NCBI GenBank assembly: GCA_017857595.1
Contig: JAFMCU010000003.1
Location: forward strand, 7,403-71,402
Source of the DNA: Thermoprotei archaeon
Lineage (GTDB): Archaea; Thermoproteota; Thermoprotei; Gearchaeales; Gearchaeaceae
DNA length: 64,000 nt
Direction: 5' to 3'
The notes under the pieces are model-generated. The model had not been told where the DNA came from. It did no database searches and saw only the letters and a list, made by a program, of their open reading frames with translations. Shown here piece after piece: positions 1 to 9,264 of this stretch (within the stretch, counting starts at the first letter, position 1; each line of letters begins with the position of its first letter). The translations under genes were made by a program, and so were the position numbers.

Positions 1-1224
1 GGCATATTTAATCCTATCAGGTATGTCCAAGCCGCGAACTAAAGGGCTATAAAATCTTGAATAACCAATGAGAACATCAACTTTACCTTCCTTGAATTCA
101 TTAATAGCTGAGTAATTCTTTGAAGTTACAATTGCAGATTTTATACCAATTCTTTCTAATCTCTTTTTTATTGACTCTAAACCTATGTTAAATTGTTCTG
201 AAGGTAGAAATATTATGCCTCCGCTTCCTACTAGTTTAATTATTTTTGTTAATGAGCGAATAATATTCTTACTTTCAACTTTAATATCATATATCTTTCT
301 AAAGACTTCCGTTGTTGAACCTGGTTCAAAATTTAACAGTAATTTTAGAAGTTTTATTCTGGAAGATGTTACTCTTGTTGTGGCACTAGAGAATATTAAT
401 TGGCCAACTTTATGTTCTGATTTGTATTTTTGAATCAAATTTATAATATCTTTTTTTTCTGAAAAATCGACGTCTCTTCTTTGAATCTTACCAATATACC
501 CTTTTATCTTTATTAATAATTCTTTATCAAAACCTATTAAATGTAGAATGTAGTCTATATTTTTAGACCTCTTTAACAATGCATCAACATCATCGACAAA
601 AACTAAATCAATAATGCCCAACTGATCTACAGATGTAAATAACTCACGATTTTTACTTAGGAAAGCTGGAGTTAAAATTGCTAATGTATAATTCTTATTG
701 ATTAATTTTTCTTTTAATATCCTTCTATTTTTGTCATTACTAGAGACTAAATTAATTTCTAATTTTAACGTAGATGCAAAATTTTCAAATTTTTCTTTAG
801 TTTGTTGAACTAATGCTTTAGTAGGAGTAATAAACATATATCTTTTATTCCTATCTTTTTGAATATTATAAAGAATGTATAAAATACCAAATGTTGTCTT
901 TCCAAGACCTGTAGGATATGTTATAGCAAAACTTTTTTCACTGATTGCTTTTATTAACCAATTTCTTTGTGCACTTAAAGGTTCACCAACCAATTTTTTT
1001 GCAAAATCAGAGAATTCATTTATTACCTTTTCTTGTTTAACGAATTCTAATAAATCACCAGTTAATTTACTCTTCTCATTTAAATATTCAATTAAATTTT
1101 CTTTATTAACTAACCTTAAATCTTTATCAGGTAAACAAGTTTCACAAACCAATCCATTTTCTAACCTAATTGAAGTAATATCGTTATAATCGTTCGGACA
1201 TAGCTTTTTTAATAATAGTTGCAT
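1..1224 (-). CDS. rgy: Reverse gyrase, N-terminal part (runs off the window edge)
   Basis: Not in the ORF track; read by hand. ATG at 1224 gives MQLLLKKLCPNDYNDITSIRLENGLVCETC (N-terminal Zn finger), Walker A YPTGLGKTT, FVDDVD, SSAT, and YSPLVRGLDIPDRIKYA at the edge. These are reverse-gyrase helicase-domain motifs. Confidence 0.93.
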   Translation of the reverse strand, partial: MQLLLKKLCPNDYNDITSIRLENGLVCETCLPDKDLRLVNKENLIEYLNEKSKLTGDLLEFVKQEKVINEFSDFAKKLVGEPLSAQRNWLIKAISEKSFAITYPTGLGKTTFGILYILYNIQKDRNKRYMFITPTKALVQQTKEKFENFASTLKLEINLVSSNDKNRRILKEKLINKNYTLAILTPAFLSKNRELFTSVDQLGIIDLVFVDDVDALLKRSKNIDYILHLIGFDKELLIKIKGYIGKIQRRDVDFSEKKDIINLIQKYKSEHKVGQLIFSSATTRVTSSRIKLLKLLLNFEPGSTTEVFRKIYDIKVESKNIIRSLTKIIKLVGSGGIIFLPSEQFNIGLESIKKRLERIGIKSAIVTSKNYSAINEFKEGKVDVLIGYSRFYSPLVRGLDIPDRIKYA

Positions 1225-1260
1225 TAAGCCTACATTATTTCTAAAAGTGTAATGTATTTT

Positions 1261-1530
1261 TTAAATGTTTTTAGTTTCTTCAAAATTATATATATGTCTT
1301 TTAACTGAGGTAATTTTTCTTATACGAATCATTCTCATTCTCTTTTCTATTATATCCATATCTTCATTTTTCACGAATATTCTATTAAAATTAAATTCCA
1401 GTCTTTTGAAACAACTTGGACAAGTGTGTGCATATCTTCTCAATATATCCAATGGAGAAATTACATCTTCTGCATCGTTAAAAAATTTGAACCCACAGGA
1501 TCCACATTTTATTGTTAAGGTCATACACAT
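1261..1530 (-). CDS. Small Zn-ribbon protein, function unknown
   Basis: CGSC...CPSC pair; likely start at ATG 1530 or 1524 rather than 1596; co-oriented with rgy. Confidence 0.6.
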   Translation of the reverse strand: MCMTLTIKCGSCGFKFFNDAEDVISPLDILRRYAHTCPSCFKRLEFNFNRIFVKNEDMDIIEKRMRMIRIRKITSVKRHIYNFEETKNI

Positions 1531-1710
1531 TACTCGTAATACTTTTTTTATTCTATTTTTTACAATTTGGTGCAAAAAACATGGGTTAAGAGACATAGTC
1601 TTGAAAACATATTTTAAAATCTATGAAAAAAATAGATTAATTAATAATATTTCTTTTCATAAACATGAAATTTATTTTAAAAAAGATTTTAAAAGAAAAT
1701 AAAAAATTAT

Positions 1711-2001
1711 TTAAATTAAGGTAATTTTGCCTCTTCTACCTACATTTAAACTAATTATTCCCTTCCAACTTGTTACATAAGCTTTTTCAAGTTGAACGTA
1801 AGATCCTTCTTTAACTTTATTTATTTGTTCATTCCAAAGTGTTAAATATGTTTTTCCTGTTTCATCTTCAACGACCGCTCGAGCAACTTTAGCCTTGCCA
1901 TATATTGTATTAACATATTTTTCATATTCTATTGAGACAATTTTTACTGTGATAGAAATATCATTCATATCATTTCTTAAGTCTTTTGTTTTTACTCTCA
2001 T
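1711..2001 (-). CDS. ssb: Single OB-fold ssDNA-binding protein (crenarchaeal SSB/RPA-like)
   Basis: VEDETGKTYLTLWNEQ, AYVTSWKG and LNVGRRG match the SSB OB-fold pattern; likely start ATG 2001 (MRVKTKDL). Confidence 0.82.
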   Translation of the reverse strand: MRVKTKDLRNDMNDISITVKIVSIEYEKYVNTIYGKAKVARAVVEDETGKTYLTLWNEQINKVKEGSYVQLEKAYVTSWKGIISLNVGRRGKITLI

Positions 2002-2107
2002 GTTGGGTTCAGAGACTCTTAAAATAAGTATATAAATAGAAATATCAGCTTCCAATGGTATTACTAGGATAATTCTACAGATAATTCGGAATTTTTATTG
2101 AAGTAAG

Positions 2108-2719
2108 ATGTATTTTAATTTGATGAATAGGATTGAAATTCCAGAATATTCAATTAGTAAAAATGTGTTACTTGAAGCAAAAACTACTGCTTTAATAATT
2201 GTAGATATGCAAAATGATTTTGCTCACTCAAATGGAAAGTTATTTGTGCCTAATTCAAGAAATACTATCAATAAGATAAGTAATCTTATAAGAAAAGCTA
2301 GAGAAAAAAAAGTAAAAATTATATACACTCAAGATTGGCATACAAAAGATGATCTGGAATTTAAAATATGGGGCGAACATGCAGTACAAAATACATGGGG
2401 TTCGGAAATTGTTGATGAACTAAAACCTAACGAAAATGATATTATAATAAAAAAATTAAGATACGATGCTTTTTATGGAACATCATTGGATCATATTCTT
2501 AGAATTAACAATATTCAGAATTTAATAATAACAGGCACAGTTGCAAATATTTGCGTATTGCACACCGCTGGAAGTGCAGCCCTAAGATGGTATAAAGTAA
2601 TTCTACCTATAGATGCTATTTCTGCACTAAATGACTTTGATTATTATGCAGCAATTAGACAGGTTGATTTCTTATATAAAGGAATTATAACCACCTCTGA
2701 TGAAATAGAATTTATATAA
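2108..2719 (+). CDS. Isochorismatase-family cysteine hydrolase
   Basis: ALIIVDMQNDF, KLRYDAFYGT, GTVANICV (Asp-Lys-Cys triad). Confidence 0.9.
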   Translation: MYFNLMNRIEIPEYSISKNVLLEAKTTALIIVDMQNDFAHSNGKLFVPNSRNTINKISNLIRKAREKKVKIIYTQDWHTKDDLEFKIWGEHAVQNTWGSEIVDELKPNENDIIIKKLRYDAFYGTSLDHILRINNIQNLIITGTVANICVLHTAGSAALRWYKVILPIDAISALNDFDYYAAIRQVDFLYKGIITTSDEIEFI

Positions 2720-2720
2720 A

Positions 2721-3554
2721 ATGATAATCGATTTCCATGTTCATCCTCCAACAAATCAATTCATATCTACATTAGGTGAACTATTCGAACCTACAGTAAA
2801 GTATTTTAGAGCGAATTTTAAAGTTAGTGATTATAAAAGTTTTGCTGAAGATTTAAAAAATGAGGGAATAACGAAAGCAATATTGTTACCAATCATTTCC
2901 CACTTAAAAGGTGGGGGAAGAATAGAAAATGAACATATCAAAGAAATATGCAATTCAGATCCTGATTTGTTTTATGGTTTCGCATCCTTCGACATGAATA
3001 AAGATTACTTATCTGAATTAAAGTATGCTATAAATGAATTAGGCTTGAAGGGAATCAAAATACATCCTCAACTTCAAGTTATTAGACCTGATGATGAAAG
3101 ATTAAAGAAAGTTTATGATTTTGCTGACAAGTATAATTTACCTATAGTTATACATACAGGAATAACTGGAATAGGAGCTAATGTAAAGGGAGGTGGAGGC
3201 TTAAAATTAGATTTTGGAAGGCCAATTTACATAGATAATGTAGCATCTGAATATCCAAATGTTATTTTCATAATGGCCCATTTCGGTTGGCCTTGGTATG
3301 AAGAAGCTTTAGCTGTTGCCTATCATAAGGCAAATGTTTACATTGATATTAGTGGATGGTCTCCTAAGTATATACCGAATGTTGTAATTAGATATATGGA
3401 TTCTTTACTTCAAGATCGAACACTATTTGGAAGTGATTACCCGATGATAAGGCCTAGTAGAATAATAAATGAATTGAAACAAATAAATCTAAAAGAACAA
3501 ACAATTAAAAAAATTTTATATGAAAATGCATTAAAGATTTTAAATAAGTTGTAA
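2721..3554 (+). CDS. Amidohydrolase-2 family metal-dependent hydrolase
   Basis: IDFHVH, GIKIHP, IHTG, MAHFG, FGSDYP. Confidence 0.9.
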   Translation: MIIDFHVHPPTNQFISTLGELFEPTVKYFRANFKVSDYKSFAEDLKNEGITKAILLPIISHLKGGGRIENEHIKEICNSDPDLFYGFASFDMNKDYLSELKYAINELGLKGIKIHPQLQVIRPDDERLKKVYDFADKYNLPIVIHTGITGIGANVKGGGGLKLDFGRPIYIDNVASEYPNVIFIMAHFGWPWYEEALAVAYHKANVYIDISGWSPKYIPNVVIRYMDSLLQDRTLFGSDYPMIRPSRIINELKQINLKEQTIKKILYENALKILNKL

Positions 3555-3606
3555 TATCAAATTAAATAAAAAACATTTTTAGATTATTTTAACATTATAA
3601 TAATGT

Positions 3607-4077
3607 ATGAGTGAATCTCAGCAAATCTTTAAATTAAGTACTGGTGTTATATTTGCAGCTGGTTATGCTAATAAACTTCGTAGAGTAGCATTAGCAGTTT
3701 TAGGCAATAATGTTCCAAGAGATATAATAATAAATGAAATTTCCAAGTTAAATCAAGAGCTGTATAAGGAAATTGTAGAAAAAATGAAAATCGAAAAAAG
3801 AGATCCAATCCAAATTACCCTCAATGCAATTTACGATAAACAGATGAATAAGTTGGAATTTAAAGATATTATTATAGAGAAATTTGTTCCAGAAAGTAAA
3901 ATTGCTTCTAGTTTAGAGAACGCTAATAAAGAAATAAATAGTCTTAAAGAAGAAATTTCCAATCTAAAAAATAAATATGAAAAAGAAATAGAAGCATATA
4001 AAAAACAAAGCGAGAAAGTTAAAGAATTTCTAAATAATTTATTAAACGAAGTTAAAAATCTGTTAGAAACTATTTAA
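3607..4077 (+). CDS. DUF2258 / ThermoDBP-related ssDNA-binding protein with C-terminal coiled coil
   Basis: N-terminal LSTGVIFAAGYANKLRRV resembles the DUF2258 signature; heptad-rich, charged C-terminal helix. Confidence 0.7.
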   Translation: MSESQQIFKLSTGVIFAAGYANKLRRVALAVLGNNVPRDIIINEISKLNQELYKEIVEKMKIEKRDPIQITLNAIYDKQMNKLEFKDIIIEKFVPESKIASSLENANKEINSLKEEISNLKNKYEKEIEAYKKQSEKVKEFLNNLLNEVKNLLETI

Positions 4078-4342
4078 TTTTTTTCTTTATAGTAACTGTA
4101 AATTGTCTTTCAGCAGTTGTAACTGGTATGTATTCTAGTTCAACGCCTAACTTTTCTTTAGCAAGTTTGTTTAAAATTTCCATGTTATTTCTACCTAATG
4201 GAACTATTAGTTTATAGGGAGCGTTTATCTTTACCATTTTTTCTATTCTTTCTAAATACTTAGATAGTATTGGAATAACCTCATCTTCTCTCATCTTAAC
4301 TTTTTGCGCTGTCAAATCAGATTTTTTATCTAGTTCTACCAT
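4070..4342 (-). CDS. Hypothetical protein (90 aa)
   Basis: ATG start, K/E-rich composition typical of this genome, fills the gap between two genes; no motif recognised. Confidence 0.55.
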   Translation of the reverse strand: MVELDKKSDLTAQKVKMREDEVIPILSKYLERIEKMVKINAPYKLIVPLGRNNMEILNKLAKEKLGVELEYIPVTTAERQFTVTIKKKIK

Positions 4343-4362
4343 ATCAAAGATAAAATAGCTCT

Positions 4363-5325
4363 ATGCTCGATAAAAATTTAAAACTTGAAGAAATTTATAA
4401 TGCGAAAACTAGAATAAGCAAATTAACTTTTCAAACACCCATAATAAAAAGTGAAATATTAAGTGAAGAGTTTGGTAAAGGGATTTATTTCAAATGTGAA
4501 TTCATGCATGAAGTTGGTTCATTCAAGATAAGAGGAGTAGCAAATAAAGTGCTTAAACAAATAGAAAATGGACATAAACCTAGAATGCTTGTAACAGCAT
4601 CCAGTGGTAATCACGGTATCGCTGTAGCATATGTAGGCAATCTTCTAAAAATTCCTGTAGTAGTTTTTGTTCCAGAAGTAGGAACAGATTACAAATTATA
4701 TAAAATGTCTAGATTAGGTGCTAAGATAATAAGAGCAGGGAAGTATTCTGATATAGCCAATAGACATGCTGAAAAGTATGCAAATGAAAATGGAGCGTTG
4801 TATATTCATTCATATGATGATCCTGATGTAATCTCTGGCCAAGGAACGGTAGGATTGGAAATATATGAGCAAAATAAAAATATAGATTGTGTAATATTTC
4901 CTGTTGGCGGTGGAGGCTTAATAGCAGGTGCCTCCTATTATTTAAAACAAATAAATCCAGAAATTAAAGTTATAGGTGTTCAATCAGAATCTGTACCTTC
5001 AATGTATGATGCTATGCTGAAAAATAAAATAATAACTGTTAAAGCTAAAAAAACAATAGCTGAAGGTATGGCGGTTAGAAAAGTAGGTAAAATTGCTTTT
5101 GAAGTTTCAAAAAAATATGTAGATGAAATTCTTCTTGTAAAAGAAGAAGAGATCATAAATTCTTTAATAAAAATCTTTGATGCTGAAAGAATATTGATTG
5201 AAGCAAGCGCAGCTTCATCTTTTGCTATAATATTTAGATATAAAGAAAAATTAAAGAATAATAATTGCTTTGTTCTTACTGGAAGAAATATTTCTTCAAA
5301 AATATTTAAAAAAGTTCTAAGATAA
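4363..5325 (+). CDS. Threonine/serine dehydratase (PLP fold II, no ACT domain)
   Basis: GSFKIRG (PLP Lys), ASSGNHG, GQGTVGLEI, PVGGGGL. Confidence 0.9.
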   Translation: MLDKNLKLEEIYNAKTRISKLTFQTPIIKSEILSEEFGKGIYFKCEFMHEVGSFKIRGVANKVLKQIENGHKPRMLVTASSGNHGIAVAYVGNLLKIPVVVFVPEVGTDYKLYKMSRLGAKIIRAGKYSDIANRHAEKYANENGALYIHSYDDPDVISGQGTVGLEIYEQNKNIDCVIFPVGGGGLIAGASYYLKQINPEIKVIGVQSESVPSMYDAMLKNKIITVKAKKTIAEGMAVRKVGKIAFEVSKKYVDEILLVKEEEIINSLIKIFDAERILIEASAASSFAIIFRYKEKLKNNNCFVLTGRNISSKIFKKVLR

Positions 5326-5326
5326 T

Positions 5327-5992
5327 TTACTCAGGTTTTAATATTACTAGTTCTATTTCTTTAGGTAATTTTCCTTTAAGGTATTCAGCGTCTGCTTCTG
5401 AACCAACTATAGTACCATAATGCATTGGAATTACAATTTTAGGTTTAATATCTTTAGCTGCCTCTATAGCTTCTTCTTTAGTCATAACATAAGTGCCTGA
5501 GACGGGTAATAATGCAATGGTTGGCTTTAAGTTTTTCATTTCTGGTATATGATCTGTATCTCCTGCATGATAAATTGATGTCTCTCCAAATGTTACCACA
5601 TAACCTACTTTATTGTCTTCTTTAGGGTGAAAAACAACACCTGGTGCTCTAAATTTATTTACATTATATGCATTTACTGCTTTAACCTTGATTAGGTCAA
5701 AGCTTAATTCGTCTCCTGGTTTAACATAGTATTTTTTGTTCTCTTTAAATTTTTCTAATTCATCTTTGCATTCGGTCGGTGCAATAAGAACGGTGCCTTT
5801 TGACAAAACTTTATTTATATCTTCAGGTGATAGATGGTCAAAATGGTTATGTGATATTAGTATGTAATCTGCTTTTTCTTTTTGCGGCTTTATTTTATAA
5901 GGATCAAAATATACATACTTACCTTTGTATTCTACTTTAAAGCTGTCATGACCTAGCCATGTTATTTTAAGGTCTTTATAGTTGTAAACCAT
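5327..5992 (-). CDS. MBL-fold metallo-hydrolase (UPF0173-like)
   Basis: TWLGHDSF, SHNHFDH, YHAGDT, IPMHYG. Confidence 0.9.
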   Translation of the reverse strand: MVYNYKDLKITWLGHDSFKVEYKGKYVYFDPYKIKPQKEKADYILISHNHFDHLSPEDINKVLSKGTVLIAPTECKDELEKFKENKKYYVKPGDELSFDLIKVKAVNAYNVNKFRAPGVVFHPKEDNKVGYVVTFGETSIYHAGDTDHIPEMKNLKPTIALLPVSGTYVMTKEEAIEAAKDIKPKIVIPMHYGTIVGSEADAEYLKGKLPKEIELVILKPE

Positions 5993-6028
5993 ATACTTAA
6001 AAACTTAATACAGAGTTTTAAATTTAAT

Positions 6029-6961
6029 TTAAGTTAAAAGGCCTTCCTTTTTAAGTTCTTCTATTGCATTATAAATAGCATTTGCTCCTTTCATAAATTT
6101 TTCTTTTTCTTCTTCGTTAAGATTTAATTCAATAATTTGTTCCCATCCGTTTTTACCTAGAATAACAGGTACGCCAATACATATATCTTTCAAGCCATAT
6201 TCCCCGTCAAGATAAACAGAAGCTGGTATTATATCTTTCTTATCTCTTACAATACTCTCTACCATTGTCGCAACGCAGCTTATAGGTGCATAAACAGTAG
6301 CACCTTTTAATGAAATGACTTCTGCTGCAATCTTTCTAGTATTTTCTTCTGCTGCTAAAATTTGTTCTTTAGAAAGTATATCGCTTATTCTAATTCCTCC
6401 TAAAGTTGAATACCGAGGCATAGGTAGCATATTCTCTCCATGTTCACCTATTACAAGCGCTTTAATTGCGCTTCTACCGACATTCAACATATTAGCTAAG
6501 CTCTCTCTGTAACGAGATGAATCTAGAAGCCCTCCCATTCCTATGACATGTTTTCTAGGAAATCCAGTTATTTTGAATACTATATAATTCATTACATCCA
6601 TCGGATTCGTTACCGTGATAACGATAGAATTTTCACAATATTTAGAGATATTTTGGGCTACTTCCTTAATTATACCTGCATTTGTCTTCAAAAGATCCAT
6701 CCTTGTCATTCCAGGTTTTCTCGCAAATCCAGCTGTTACAACAATTATATCTGAATCTTTTATGTCCTTATATTCGTTGGATCCGACCACTTTCACACTT
6801 TTTCCTTTTTCAGATGCCATTTGGTTTAAATCCATAGCTTCACCTTGTGGCAATCCTTTAACTATATCTACAAGAACTATTTCATTTGCAAGATCTCTGT
6901 TTATTATTTCAAACGCAGACATACTTCCTATTCTTCCTGCTCCTATTACTGATATTTTCAT
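6029..6961 (-). CDS. mdh: Malate dehydrogenase (LDH-like)
   Basis: GAGRIG, ARKPGMTRMDLL (MDH-specific Arg), TNPMD, GEHG. Confidence 0.93.
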   Translation of the reverse strand: MKISVIGAGRIGSMSAFEIINRDLANEIVLVDIVKGLPQGEAMDLNQMASEKGKSVKVVGSNEYKDIKDSDIIVVTAGFARKPGMTRMDLLKTNAGIIKEVAQNISKYCENSIVITVTNPMDVMNYIVFKITGFPRKHVIGMGGLLDSSRYRESLANMLNVGRSAIKALVIGEHGENMLPMPRYSTLGGIRISDILSKEQILAAEENTRKIAAEVISLKGATVYAPISCVATMVESIVRDKKDIIPASVYLDGEYGLKDICIGVPVILGKNGWEQIIELNLNEEEKEKFMKGANAIYNAIEELKKEGLLT

Positions 6962-7037
6962 CGAAATTATAACGAGTTATTTGAATTTATATTTTCGAAA
7001 AGTCTATATAATGAAAAATTTAAAAGATATTTTATAA

Positions 7038-7643
7038 ATGAACATAATAGACAATTTGATACAATTTTTTATAGGTAATTATGTCGGAATTATGATTTTA
7101 ATGCTTTTAGAATCTGCTTCATTACCTGTGCCAAGTGAAGTTGTTATGCCATTAGCAGGTGTTTTATCTAGATTGGGAATTTTGAATTTATATTATGCAA
7201 TTTTTTTTGGTACTGTTGGAAGTTTGATAGGGTCGATAATTGATTACCTCATAGGCTATAAGTTGGGTTATCCCTTTTTAGAAAGATATGGACACTATTT
7301 TTTAATAAATAAAAATCGCCTTGATCAGGTTATTTATCTATTCAACAAGTATGGTATTATAATAGTTTTGATTGCAAGGTTTATACCTTTAATAAGAACA
7401 CTTATTTCTTTTCCTGCTGGGATAGGAAAAATGAATGTCAATAAATTTTTAATAATAACATTGATTGGTAATCTATCTTGGAATTCAATACTTTCAATTT
7501 TAGGCTATGTATATTATGAACAATGGCAATTTTTAATTTCGTTATTAAATGAATATTTATACATATTTGCCGGAATAATATTTACTTCTTTAATAATTTA
7601 CTATTTTTTAATAAGGAAATTTCTACATAAAATATCTTTTTAA
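7038..7643 (+). CDS. DedA-family membrane protein
   Basis: LESASLPVPSEVVMPLAG, ARFIPLIRTLISFPAG. Confidence 0.92.
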   Translation: MNIIDNLIQFFIGNYVGIMILMLLESASLPVPSEVVMPLAGVLSRLGILNLYYAIFFGTVGSLIGSIIDYLIGYKLGYPFLERYGHYFLINKNRLDQVIYLFNKYGIIIVLIARFIPLIRTLISFPAGIGKMNVNKFLIITLIGNLSWNSILSILGYVYYEQWQFLISLLNEYLYIFAGIIFTSLIIYYFLIRKFLHKISF

Positions 7644-7978
7644 CCATATCTATATCCTATTCCTTTACCATGCAATGGATACCTAAATTGTATATTTGAA
7701 TAAGGGCAAACTATTCTGCAACTTCCACATTCTACACAATTATCGTAAGAAATTATTAATCTATTTTCTTCCCATTTATAAACATCTGCAGGGCATACTA
7801 TAATACAAGGTTTATGATTACATTTTATGCATGTTTCATTATCCTTTATCACAAGATGAGATACATCATCTCTTTTATATCTAGCCAAAAATAATTTACC
7901 TTCTACATTAGAATTTTCTTCTTTTTTATATACTGGAATTTCTTCTTTTTGTTTTTGAATATAAATTTGTTGACTCAA
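7640..7978 (-). CDS. fixX: FixX ferredoxin-like protein
   Basis: CIKC...CIIVCPADVY, CVECGSCRIVCP, C-terminal GIGYRYG; overlaps fixC. Confidence 0.88.
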   Translation of the reverse strand: MSQQIYIQKQKEEIPVYKKEENSNVEGKLFLARYKRDDVSHLVIKDNETCIKCNHKPCIIVCPADVYKWEENRLIISYDNCVECGSCRIVCPYSNIQFRYPLHGKGIGYRYG

Positions 7979-9264
7979 AATAATATCCCTCTTATTAAAT
8001 CAGAAATATCCTTTATAAGCTTGATAGGTCCTACTTTACTAATAATAACATCTCTAATTCTCTTTATCTTTATTTCTTTGGGTTCACCATCAACTGTATG
8101 CCATAACCTTAGGATATCCCTCAACATTTCAGGATAAGAGCTAAAAAAGTGCTTGTTCTTGTACAAAAAAGGAGGAATTCTTCTAAATTTTCTAAGATCT
8201 CTAAGAACGAAACTGTTTCTCAATTTTGTTTCATAAATTTTTAGTACATTTGCACTAAAATCTTTCACTTTATGAGCATAAATAGCTGTTTCGCCAGCTA
8301 ATATACCAGATTCTGCTGCTAAGTTTGTTCCTTCCCATCCCACAACGTTAACTAGTAATGCAGCATCTCCAACTACCATCATACCGTTAGTATACAATTT
8401 TGGTATTGCATTATATCCTCCTTCTGGTATAAGATGAGCCGAATATTCCTTTAAAATTCCATCTTTTATGTAAGGATAAATTGCAGGATGTCTTTTGAAC
8501 TTCTCGTAAAGCTTATTCGGTCTTATGTTATTACTTACTAGATCGCTAAGAAGTACACCTATTCCAACAGATAATGCTTCTCTATCAGTATATAAAAATC
8601 CGCCACCTGTCATACCCTTTAACGGTCCTCCAATAATTGTGGCAGCAACACCTTCTTCAGTCTTTACTTGGAACATTTCATCTATTTTTGTCCTTTGTAC
8701 TTCAATTACTTCTTTTACACCTAATGCTAATTGGTGGGGTTTCCATTCATCATGAAGACCTGCTTTTTGTGCTAATAACGAATTTGCACCATCTGCAGCG
8801 ATAACAATATTCCCAAATAGCTCTCCTCTATCTGTATTAACACCTATCACCTTTCCATCCTTTATTATAGGTTCAAGAGCTTGTGTTCTTGTTATTAACA
8901 TAGCACCAGCTTCTTGAGCTTTTTTTGCATACCATGCATCAAATTTTGCTCTTAAAGCAGTGTATCCACTGGGATTATTTTCAAAAGCATCATCCCTATA
9001 GACAAGTTTAATAAATGAGTCATCGAGTAAAATCCAATATTGGTATTCAACTACTTTTCTTTCTAAAGGTGCAGTTTTTACAAAATCAGGGATTAATTTT
9101 TCAAAGGGATGCTTAAATAAGACACCCCCGAATAAATTTTTTTCGCCTGGTATATTTCCTCTTTCAATTATTACAGTATTTAATCCGGCTCTTGCAGTAA
9201 CTATAGCTGCAGACACTCCCGCAGGTCCTGCACCTACTACAACAACATCAAATTTTTCAACCAT
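7975..9264 (-). CDS. fixC: FixC / ETF-quinone oxidoreductase flavoprotein
   Basis: VVGAGPAG, KNLFGG, EYSAHLIPEGG, VGDAA; lies between fixAB and fixX. Confidence 0.9.
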   Translation of the reverse strand: MVEKFDVVVVGAGPAGVSAAIVTARAGLNTVIIERGNIPGEKNLFGGVLFKHPFEKLIPDFVKTAPLERKVVEYQYWILLDDSFIKLVYRDDAFENNPSGYTALRAKFDAWYAKKAQEAGAMLITRTQALEPIIKDGKVIGVNTDRGELFGNIVIAADGANSLLAQKAGLHDEWKPHQLALGVKEVIEVQRTKIDEMFQVKTEEGVAATIIGGPLKGMTGGGFLYTDREALSVGIGVLLSDLVSNNIRPNKLYEKFKRHPAIYPYIKDGILKEYSAHLIPEGGYNAIPKLYTNGMMVVGDAALLVNVVGWEGTNLAAESGILAGETAIYAHKVKDFSANVLKIYETKLRNSFVLRDLRKFRRIPPFLYKNKHFFSSYPEMLRDILRLWHTVDGEPKEIKIKRIRDVIISKVGPIKLIKDISDLIRGILF

